This document shows positions 11,782 through 19,944 of a DNA stretch of 64,000 bases, in pieces. The stretch is taken from the NCBI GenBank assembly GCA_963743045.1, contig CAVUOF010000032.1:69611-133610 (forward strand). Reading direction: 5' to 3'. Position 1 is the stretch's first letter; each line of letters starts with the position of its first letter. This DNA is from an uncultured Acidobacteriota bacterium. GTDB lineage: Bacteria; Acidobacteriota; Blastocatellia; RBC074. The position numbers were made by a program, and so were the translations under genes. Below the pieces are notes generated by a model that worked only from the letters and a program-made list of their open reading frames with translations, ran no database searches and was not told where the DNA came from.

Positions 11782-11812
11782 AAAAAGGGGCAGCCCTGCT
11801 GACCCCTTTTTG
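11782..11812 (-). terminator. Hairpin terminator after FG-GAP gene copy A
   Basis: AAAAAGGGGCAG-ccctg-CTG(A)CCCCTTTTT lies 26 bp downstream of the stop at 11838. A and T runs flank both sides. Confidence 0.5.
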
Positions 11813-11837
11813 ATTGGCAGTTGGCGGCGCCCACGAG

Positions 11838-13074
11838 CTACTGGAGCGAACGCCCGTTTAGGAGGCGCGGATGAAATGCGCGGCTCAGAAAGACCGAGAC
11901 CACACCCGGATCGTTCGGTCCCGAGACCTGTGAAACATTGGTCACGGCCAGGTCTGGAACGCCATCGCGATCGAAGTCCCCCGCACCTATCGTGTAGGCG
12001 CCACCCCGGGTCATGAGATTAATCCCATCCTTGAATGTTCCATTGCCCTTGCCGAGGAGGATCGTGATTCCCTTTGCCGTGCTCTGACCAATCGAGTCGG
12101 TGCTCAGGTTGGAGACTGCGATGTCGAGAATGCCGTCAAGATCGAAGTCCGCCACTGCCAACCACAAGGGGTCTCTGCCCACGGCAGGTTGTGCTGTACG
12201 AGCAAAGGCGCCGGCGCCATTTCCAAGGAATACACTGACGGTCGCGTTGACCGAGTCCGCGCTGATCAGATCAAGATTGCCGTCGTGATTGATGTCTACC
12301 GAGAGCAGGAAATGGGGCCCGGCACCGGTTGTCAGTATGGTCCCCTCTCGAAAGGTTCCGTCGCCATTTCCAAACCGGACGGCAATTGCACTGTCGTCAA
12401 GCACGGCAATCGCGAGGTCGGCTTTGCCGTCGCCGTTGAAGTCTCCGATTGCCACTGCATGGGGACGGTGGCCCGCGTCGAAGCGCGTTCCGTTGGCAGC
12501 CGAAGCGTCGAAGAACGTGCCGTCGCCGCGGCCGATGAAGATCGAGACCAAATTGCGCTCGTCTTCGGCAACAGCGAGGTCCAAGCTTACCGTCATTGTT
12601 CAGATCACCAATGGCGACGTGATGCGGTTGGAGCGAATTGACATCGTGGCCGGCGAAGAATGTGCCGTCGCCGCGCCCGAGGAGAATGGAACAGGTTCCA
12701 ACACCATAGTTGGTGACCACGAGATCGAGGTTTCCGTCGCCGTTGAGATCGCCTGCAGCAATTGAGCTCGGGTAATCGTCTGCCTGCTGCTTGCCAATCG
12801 GATAAGTGCGGGCCCTCGAGAAGATGCCGTTGCCGCCACCAAGCCGAACCACGAGCGACGGAACATATGTACTGCCGCTCGGCTGGTAAAAGTTGGTCTG
12901 CACAAGATCAGGTATCTTGTCGTGATCGAGATCGACGACAAGCAATCCATAGGGTGTATAGACCCGGTCATTGAGCTGGGTGCGCAAATAGTCGACGCCT
13001 TGTTCTGAATGTATCGCGGGATTCAGCGCGACCGCCAGACCCACGAGGGTGAGGAGTATGTACAGCTTTCGCAC
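11838..13074 (-). CDS. FG-GAP/VCBS repeat exported protein, copy A (one frameshift near 12590)
   Basis: Signal MRKLYILLTLVGLAVALNPA. Repeated DxNxDGxxD motifs (GDLNGDGNLDLVV, GDFNGDGKADLAI, DINHDGNLDLIS, DFDLDGILDIAV, DFDRDGVPDLAV). Split between ORFs 12397..13074 and 11838..12596. Confidence 0.7.
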
Positions 13075-13218
13075 GATTCATCGCTCCAGGAAGTCGCTGT
13101 TTAAATCAGCAGACCGGAAGTGGGGGATCGCCGCGAGAGGCGACCACCGGTTGATGGCCTTGCGCAGACGGGGCCAGAACATGCGGCGGCAAGAGGACCT
13201 GTTCCGGGACGAAGGCCG
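11838..13218. repeat. Segmental duplication, copy A (pairs with 30188-31569)
   Basis: Base-by-base reading shows well over 90% identity across the whole FG-GAP gene and ~145 bp upstream. Similarity stops after ...GACGAAGGCCGCCG. Confidence 0.8.
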
Positions 13219-13398
13219 CCGCGATTCTGCCACTCTTCATCCGCCTGCGCCAGCAAATTTGCACTAACGCCCGCTAAGGATTGAGAAGCTGCGCCAGCAC
13301 AATAGGATACCTCATTGATCAAGGGTCTGATCGAATCTCATAGATCCGTTTTCGTTGCGCCGGAGTATTACTCGTGTGAATAAGCAAAGGAGACGACA

Positions 13399-13676
13399 AT
13401 GAGCACGGACATCACCGGGTATCTGGCTTCCTCGGGAAGAATTGAAACAAGCGATCTCGACTGGGAACTCGCGCGCGAGGCCGGACTGACGGACGACGAA
13501 CACTTCGCTCTTACTATTTGCGGATATTGAAAGCCAGACAATCCGGTACCTGCGCACACTGCTTCAAATGAAGATCCGCGCTCGAACCCGATATTTCCGC
13601 ATTCCTGACTACCTGGAGCTACGAAGAATTCTTTCATGGGCAGGCGGTCGGATCGTGCTCGCCAAGTGAACACTGA
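13399..13676 (+). pseudogene. N-terminal fragment of a ferritin-like diiron (ExxH) protein, frameshifted and truncated
   Basis: RBS AAGGAG, then MSTDITGYLASSGRIETSDLDWELAREAGLTDDEHFALT. Shifting frames gives YFADIESQTIRYLRTLLQMK, then ALEPDISAFLTTWSYEEFFHGQA. The sequence stops at the flanking repeat. Family call is tentative. Confidence 0.35.
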
Positions 13677-13694
13677 AGATTGTCGCGCACGGCG

Positions 13695-14015
13695 TCGCGA
13701 AGCGACAACAGAAGGTAGCCAGGGGCGAGCGAAGCGAAGCCCCTGGATAACAAGTAGACAGGACCCCCGCGTCCTGAAGGGACGCGAGACGTGACGCACC
13801 TTGCCACCCTGAAACCCGCACATTCGGGTATCACATGCCTTCCACACACAGGAGCATTCATGTGCACGTTGTCTTCAGCACCAAGAACCGAACCCCTACC
13901 CTATGGAATTCAGTACCGTTCTGGCGCCCCTCCGGGGCGCGGTCTTATTGTTAAACGATCCAGGGGCTGCGCTTCGCTTGCCCCTGGCTACCTTCTTGCA
14001 TCCCTTCGGGATGCA
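13695..14015. repeat. Inverted pair of REP-like hairpin arms flanking a transposase remnant
   Basis: Left arm ...GAAGGTAGCCAGGGGCGAGCGAAGCGAAGCCCCTGG...CGCGTCCTGAAGGGACGCG. Right arm GCGCCCCTCCGGGGCGC...CCAGGGGCTGCGCTTCGCTTGCCCCTGGCTACC..GCATCCCTTCGGGATGC. The arms are reverse complements in module order. Confidence 0.7.
13835..13900 (+). mobile_element. Remnant (first ~17 codons) of an IS200/RAYT-like Y1 (HUH) transposase
   Basis: The ATG at 13835 reads MPSTHRSIHVHVVFSTKNRTP..., the N-terminus I recall for 'HVHxVFSTKxR' IS200-like/REP-associated transposases. The reading frame then runs into the right repeat arm. Confidence 0.45.
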
Positions 14016-14081
14016 TCGCTCGTTGGAAGGTCAGCCTCGCAATTATGAAAACGACACACAACGAATGGGGCTAATTTCCGC

Positions 14082-14918
14082 TGGTAGCGGAATCTGCAGG
14101 TGACCGTTGCACAAATCTCTCTCGGGCCGGCAAAATGAGTTCCATTGAAGGTCTCACTATGGTCCTTCCTCGAGCGGCTGACCTCAGAATGTGAGTCGCA
14201 TTCCGAACTGAATCTGTCTCGGGTCCGCGGCTCCTGTAGGTGTCCCGAAGGCCCGCAGAGGTATCGCCCCCGTTCCGAAGGTCGCATTCGGAAGCTGCAG
14301 GTTCGAGCGATTGAGCAGATTGCGGTCGTTTCCGGTGACGATATTGAAAAGGCAACGCAGAGCCGTAGCTGAAGATGTAGCTCAACTGAAAGCCTGAGAC
14401 GGCTCGCCGCCAGAACGGCTCGCCCGCAACCGCGGTTGGACTCGAGAGCGAACCGCTGATCACAAGCCGGTGCTGCTGATCATTATCTGCCAACCCGCGG
14501 TCGTCGCGCAGATTGAAGTTATTCTGTGGAGTCGAGAAGAACTCGCTGATGTTGGCGAATCGGGGATCCGGCCGCCCAGGTGGGCGATTCCCTTCTGAGG
14601 AGCCTCTGCCGCTGAACCGTTGTAACATTGACATTGCGTGAGAGGATGACGTGAAGACTCCTGACGTAGACGTAGCCAACGGAGAGCGACGTCGACGAGG
14701 CAATCGCGCTCGAGCTGTAGGCTCGCCCGAATCGCGTAGGAGTTTTCGATATTCGGATCAATCGTCGTAATGCTCGCCAGCAACCCTGACGGAAAGGCCG
14801 ACGCCACACTCGGAAATACGGGTGCCCCCGGCTGTCCGAACGGCATCACCGCAACCCGGTACTTCGTGCCGTCGCGTTGCAGAGCATTTGATGTAGCACG
14901 CAGGGGAATGCGATCGTA
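14082..14918 (-). pseudogene. Decayed remnants of two TonB-dependent receptor genes (paralogs of 31772..33998 and 34029..36816)
   Basis: 14082-14168 aligns to the last ~28 codons of the 31772 gene. 14184-14918 aligns to the C-terminal ~340 codons of the 34029 gene (FGQPGAPVFPSV..., SLSVGYVYVRSLHVILSRNVNV, DNDQQHRLVISGSLSSPTAVAGEPFWRRAVSGFQLSYIFSYGS, ...ADPRQIQFGMRLTF*). The second block carries two internal deletions and several frameshifts. Confidence 0.7.
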
Positions 14919-14919
14919 A

Positions 14920-15163
14920 ACCTCTCCAACTCAAGTCGGCATCGTCACCCTGCTGCCGAGTTACTTACGCCGTCACCGGCGATGGCGGGCACTGCTGCTC
15001 TTCATTGCTGGGGCGTTAATGGTGCTCAGCGCGCGCCTCTATTCCTTCACTGCTAGTAAAAAAGAATCACCATTGGAACCGCCTTGTTTTAATCGGGGCA
15101 CTGCTGATTGCAGGCGCGCACCTGATCAATCGACGCCTGTGGCATGCTTGTTCGCATTGTTAA
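14920..15163 (+). pseudogene. C-terminal fragment of a MerC-domain-like small membrane protein (frameshifted)
   Basis: Reads ...VGIVTLLPSYLRRHRRWRALLLFIAGALMVLSARLY, then in another frame LIGALLIAGAHLINRRLWHACSHC*. It begins exactly at the homology break at 14918. Family call is from memory and weak. Confidence 0.3.
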
Positions 15164-15178
15164 TGATAAGTCTACGAA

Positions 15179-17137
15179 TCAATGTGTTGGCGAATGTGGG
15201 AGTAGCCGGGCCGAATTGAGAATAAAGGCCAGCTCAGAAGTTACATGGATGAAGGCTGCCAGCAAGGGGTTGAGCAGCCCGAAAGCCGCCAGTCCCACCC
15301 CGATGCCATCCACGATCAACGTCCCGGCAAAATTGGTCATGATAATGCGGTGACACCGCCGCGCGATTCTCAGGGTCTCGACGAATTTTAAAAGGTCATT
15401 ACCGAGCAGCATAATGTTCGCGCTCTCACGAGCCACGTCGGTTCCAGAGCCCATCGCCACACCGACGTCGGCCTGCATGAGGGCCGGCGCATCATTGATC
15501 CCGTCACCGATCATTGCAACCTTCCTCCCTGCCTCACTGAGGGCCTGGATTCGCTCGAGCTTCTGCTCCGGAAGGAGATTCGCAGCCACCTCATCGATGC
15601 CAAGCTCCTGACCAACTGCCGCGGCGATTACTTCGACATCACCGGTTAAGAGAATCGTTCGGATTCCTGCCTGGCGAAGCGCAGAGACGGCTTCTTTTGC
15701 TTCAGGCCGAAGCACATCGGCGATCCGGAACCTCCAAGCAGCCGGCCGCCGCGGGCCACGAGAATCTCTGAGGATTGATCAGCCCCTTCAGAGTTCGGGT
15801 CTCGCGGATTCACGATAATCTGTCGCTCGTGGACGAGGCTTCGATTACCAACGACGATCTCCTCTCCCCCGACCGAGCAGATGATGCCTTTGCCTGGCAA
15901 GTAATCGAAGCGCTCCGGCTCCACCACCGGGAGCGCAGCCGCGGCGGCTTTCCTTAAGATCGCAGAGGCGACGGGGTGTTCCGACGGTCTTTCGGCGATT
16001 GCTGCCGCTTCTAATAAGTGCACTCTCGGTGACGCCGTCCACAGGACAGACTGCGATGACCTCAGGCGTTCCCAGTGTCAGCGTGCCGGTCTTGTCAAGC
16101 ACGACCGTATCAATCGTGCCGAGGACCTCGAGGTAGAGCCCTCCCTTGATGATCGCGCCCTCCCGCGCCGCGCGGCCGATAGCACCAAGAATTGCCAGGG
16201 GCGTGCCAGCCGCGATTCCGCAGGCGCCTGCGACAATCACGACCGAAATCGTAGATCGCACGTCGTGAGTGACGAGCAAGGTCAGCGCAGCGCATCCGAT
16301 GGCGAAGTAGACGAGATAGCCCGCGAGCCGGTCTGCGGTCTTCTGAATCGGCGCTCGCGATTTCTCCGCGCGTTCAACTGCCTCGATAATCTTGCCGAAC
16401 GCGGTCTCGCGCCCCAGCCCCTCTGCGCGCACCTCGATGCACGCCGGATTGATTGATGGTGCCGGCGTACACCCGCGCCCCGTCAACTTCTCAACCGGAA
16501 GCGACTCGCCCGTGATCGTCGCCTGGTCAACGAAGGAATGGCCGCGCACGACTTCGCCGTCCACAGGGACGCGTGCGCCGGGCTTGACGATCACTACGTC
16601 ACCCACCTGCATCTCTTCGAGACGCACGGCGTGCGCCTCACCAGCGCGGCGCACGAGCGCCTCTCGTGGCAGCAGATCGAGTAACTCCTTCATCGCGCGC
16701 CTGCCTCGTCCGCCGACCAACCCTTCCAAAACCTCCGCGATGAGGACAAAGAAAATGATGACGAGCGCCGTAAACACTTCGGCGATCGCCAATGCGGCAC
16801 AGATGGCGATGGTCATCGAGAGCTCCATGGTCATCCTGCGCGCGAGGAGTGATGAGAAGGCTTCTTTGAAGATTGGATAGCCGCCAATCAGCGCCGCAAT
16901 GACCCCTATCAGGCTGAGATGCGAGAACGGCTGCAGCCAGAGTGCGATGATTGCGAGACCAACGAACCCGATGCGGACCAGGTCCGATAATTCCACATGA
17001 TGCTCTTCCTGGGCGCCTTCCGCCTCGTCGTGACGCTCAGCCGTGTAGGCAACTTTGGGATTGCCGGTAGAATCCGATGTCGCGTCCACCAGAGTATTCG
17101 TCTTCGTTGCTCGAGCGTGTGCCTGATTCATTAGCAA
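15179..17137 (-). CDS. Heavy-metal (P1B-type) P-type ATPase without an N-terminal HMA domain; two apparent frameshifts (~16020, ~15715)
   Basis: ORFs 15845..17137, 15646..16023 and 15179..15715 join into one ATPase with ITGESLPVEK, DKTGTLT, MIGDGINDAPAL and VAMGSGTDVA. The TM segment has VAGACGIAAGTP where CopA/ZntA have CPC. The N-terminus is His/Glu-rich (ERHDEAEGAQEEHHVE). Confidence 0.8.
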
Positions 17138-17155
17138 ACTCCGAAGCTCTGACGA

Positions 17156-17458
17156 TCATTTCATGTAGGTCTTGATCACCGCGATCAGCTCGTCGGCCGC
17201 CCGCGCGTGATCCTCTTTCGTGGCGCGACTGGCCCTGGACGCGGCCGGCTGTTTCGGATCGATGACGTGGTAGCGAATCTGCCCTTCAACGACCTCCGCC
17301 ATGAGCCCATTGATAGCCCCGCGGCAGGCCGCAATTGTCTGAAGAATCACAGTGCAGTCCTGCTCTTGTTCGAGCGCCCGCTCAACCGCCTCGACCTGGC
17401 CGCGAATGCGGCGGACACGGCTGATCAATTTCTGTTTATTCTTGATCGTATGCGCCAT
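17156..17458 (-). CDS. CsoR/RcnR/FrmR-family metal-sensing transcriptional repressor
   Basis: 100 aa. MAHTIKNKQKLISRVRRIRGQVEAVERALEQEQDCTVILQTIAACRGAINGLMAEV closely parallels E. coli RcnR (MSHTIRDKQKL...). Candidate ligand positions are H3, C35 and H64. Confidence 0.8.
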   Translation of the reverse strand: MAHTIKNKQKLISRVRRIRGQVEAVERALEQEQDCTVILQTIAACRGAINGLMAEVVEGQIRYHVIDPKQPAASRASRATKEDHARAADELIAVIKTYMK

Positions 17459-17542
17459 ACTCTGCTTCTTCTTGTCTGATGAAATAGTCTACCCAAGTAT
17501 AGTATATCACTCAATATCAGGCGTCAATCAGGAGGGTCCTTG

Positions 17543-18392
17543 CTATGGCGACTTCTCCTTTTGCGCCTCTTTGCCACCCAGCTCGAATGTAAATTTAACT
17601 GCTGCGCCAATGCGCTCCGTCGATGAAGTAAGGCCAATCGGAATGCCAATTAGAAGTTCGGCTCTCCTTCGCGATGCGCAAGACGTAGGACGGAGTGAGA
17701 CTAACCCGGGTTTCGCTCCCGCCATTCCAGCGATCGCTGCTCACTGAGATTTCGCCGATCACCCAGCCGTGCCCGGCGTGAATAGATATGCCATTGTTTG
17801 AAAAAATAGAGTTGCGCGACGCCTCCAGCACCGTCTCCAGTCGCCGATGCCCGGCGATGAACTCGATACCTGTAGTCGAGAACAGCTGGTACTCGCCCTG
17901 GCGCAGCTCGCGCGAAAGGAGCACTGAGGGCGATACGCTGTATGTTCCCTCGCCAAGTTTCCGACCCGGATCGCCAGTCGGGACGCTGGCGTCGATGGCT
18001 ACAGCAAGATGTGTGAATGGGGAGCCGACTGCGGGCCATGTGTAACGTGCGCCTATCTCAATATCGCCCATGCCTGTCATCATTGAGCCGGTCAGGTTGG
18101 AGCTGTTTACGAGATTCACAAAGGTTGAGACTTGGAGCTGATCTGATATTCCCCATTCCAACTTCTGTGTCAGGAGGGAACTGTGCAGGACGCCGTGGCT
18201 GAAATACCATCCACCGGTTGTGAGCATCATTTCATGTCGGTCCTGTGGGACGATCGAATCGGCGAATACCAGTTCCAAAGGCAGGCGCTGTTCGAGCGAC
18301 TCCGATTGACCAAAAACATGCTGCTCAGCCAGACTACAAAGGAGCAGACATAGTAAGCAGCAAAAGAAAGAATGTGACGAGATGGTCCCCAT
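17543..18392 (-). CDS. Outer-membrane beta-barrel 'transporter' family protein (MetA-pathway-like), one frameshift near 17680
   Basis: Signal-like N-terminus with alternating beta-strand pattern. The C-terminus is restored in ORF 17543..17725 (...GIPIGLTSSTERIGAAVKFTFEL). Family call is tentative. Confidence 0.45.
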
Positions 18393-18473
18393 TCAGTGAC
18401 CTCCGGACGAACGAGTGAAGCACTACAGCCTTCGGATGAAGGCTATTAGCCGATGATTTCGTTTTCCGAGGGC

Positions 18474-18839
18474 TTAAATGCGCAGGACCGAATTACGCTC
18501 GAAGGGAGCTAGGGACGGGTGGTAAGGCTTTGGGCGGCTGTCGCGTCCGTCGTTGATGAATTCCAGTGAAAAAATCGGTGCGTTCAGATTCACCGCGCCG
18601 ACTATGATCGGCGAGACAAAGGATCGCTCAGGAAGTGCGCTCGTTACCCCTGTTGCAATTGGGCAGGTCACGTCAATAGAGCCTATGGTGCAGTCTACGG
18701 CCAAATTGTGTGAGCCGGTCTTCGAGGCCTCTTCGAGATGATTGGAACAAATTGCTACGCAGCCGAGCCGCAGGCAGAGCAGACAAGCGGACAGCAATAT
18801 GGCGAGAGGCACTCTGACAGTATGTAGTTCTGGCAACAT
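18474..18839 (-). CDS. Small exported Cys-containing hypothetical protein, first gene of the metal-efflux block
   Basis: 121 aa with hydrophobic N-terminus VPLAILLSACLLCLRLGCVAICSNH and a further ..VTCPIATG.. motif. No family recognised; coding status uncertain. Confidence 0.35.
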   Translation of the reverse strand: MLPELHTVRVPLAILLSACLLCLRLGCVAICSNHLEEASKTGSHNLAVDCTIGSIDVTCPIATGVTSALPERSFVSPIIVGAVNLNAPIFSLEFINDGRDSRPKPYHPSLAPFERNSVLRI

Positions 18840-18899
18840 AAGTTCGCATCAGTATATGATCCCTGCTTTCACGTTGCCAGATCTTTGGAGAATCAGACG

Positions 18900-19183
18900 C
18901 AGCCGTATCTCTTGCCACGTTAGCTATTTTCGCTCAGCCGCTGGTAAGCCCAAGTCAACCACTCAAGCGCTATAACCGGCAATTGGTTAGATACTAGTAG
19001 TCACCTATTGCCGATGCCCTTAGACTGCCCACGCTAATCGACACCTTAATATCGGGTTAGATCGAATCGAGAGCCGATAGGTATGAGCACCGCACTGCGT
19101 GTCCTGATTGCTGACGACGAAAGGCCCGCGCGGTCGTTTCTGGCGGCGCTGCTCCGTCGCTTCGAGGATGTTGTGCTGATTGG
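18900..19183. repeat. Duplicated segment, copy A (pairs with 29690-29974): promoter region plus first ~33 codons of the LytTR regulator
   Basis: Alignable by eye at roughly 85-90% identity, including GCTATTTTCG..CAGCCGCTG.TAAGC.CAAGTCAACCACTCAAGCGCTATAAC and ATACTAGTAGTCACCTATTGCC. Confidence 0.75.
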
Positions 19184-19865
19184 TGAGGCCGAAGATGGCG
19201 CGGAAGCGATCGAGCTAATCGAACGTGACCGTCCTGACCTGGCCCTCCTCGACTTGCAGATGCCGGAGATTGATGGACTGGGTGTCGTGCGATTGCTGAA
19301 GAAGAGCCGGATGCCGCTGATTGCTTTCGTTACGGCATATGACGAATACGCTGTGCGCGCCTTCGAATTGAATGCGGTCGATTACCTGCTCAAGCCGATA
19401 GACAAGAGCCGCTTGCGCGAAACGGTCAATCGCGCTCAGGAGCGGCTGGAACGCTCCGACCTGCGAATCGAGAGCGCGGTTCGGGTGAACGCGGCCGCTG
19501 AAAGTTACGACGCGGCAAGACGAGCAGCACCGCTTGAGCGCATTCCGGTGCGCCAGAGCGACGAGATTGTGATCATACCAGTCAGGGAGATTGCCTCCGT
19601 TGTTGCCGAAAGAGAAGTCCTGCGAATCACCACAGCACAGAATCAAACCTACACGATTACCTATCGGCTGAAAGACCTTGAAGCGCGCCTGGATCCGTCG
19701 CAGTTCGTACGGATCAGTCGCGGGGCACTGGCCAATTTGGAGATGCTGCGGCGAGTCAGTCCGCTTCCGGGCGGTACTTATGTTGCAACGCTGAGTAACG
19801 GTCAATATCTCAACATCAGCCGATTGCAAGGGCGCATCCTGCGAGAGCGTTTTCTGAAGCTATAG
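19083..19865 (+). CDS. LytTR-family response regulator (receiver + LytTR DNA-binding domain)
   Basis: RVLIADDERPARSFL...DLALLDLQMPEIDGLGVV is the receiver. IPVRQSDEIVIIPVREIASVVAEREVLRITT...FVRISRGALANLEML is the LytTR domain. No histidine kinase is adjacent. Confidence 0.85.
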   Translation: MSTALRVLIADDERPARSFLAALLRRFEDVVLIGEAEDGAEAIELIERDRPDLALLDLQMPEIDGLGVVRLLKKSRMPLIAFVTAYDEYAVRAFELNAVDYLLKPIDKSRLRETVNRAQERLERSDLRIESAVRVNAAAESYDAARRAAPLERIPVRQSDEIVIIPVREIASVVAEREVLRITTAQNQTYTITYRLKDLEARLDPSQFVRISRGALANLEMLRRVSPLPGGTYVATLSNGQYLNISRLQGRILRERFLKL

Positions 19866-19944
19866 CATGCGACCTCAGGGAACGAACGAAAGAATGACCT
19901 ATATGCTACAGCGCGGTCTTGAGGCCGCGTGGGAGGAGGAATCA

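Noticed and set aside
13075-13218. Conserved 145-bp block upstream of both FG-GAP copies as a riboswitch or leader
   Set aside because: Its conservation is explained by the recent segmental duplication. I could not recognise any known riboswitch core (for example, no B12 box), so there is no independent support.
13368-14287. ORFs of 66-159 aa across the repeat region (13368..13847, 13791..14048, 13988..14287 and others)
   Set aside because: They are translations of REP hairpin modules or of the decayed receptor tail. The same peptides (…ASLAPGYLL.SLRDA…) appear wherever the repeat occurs, in both orientations.
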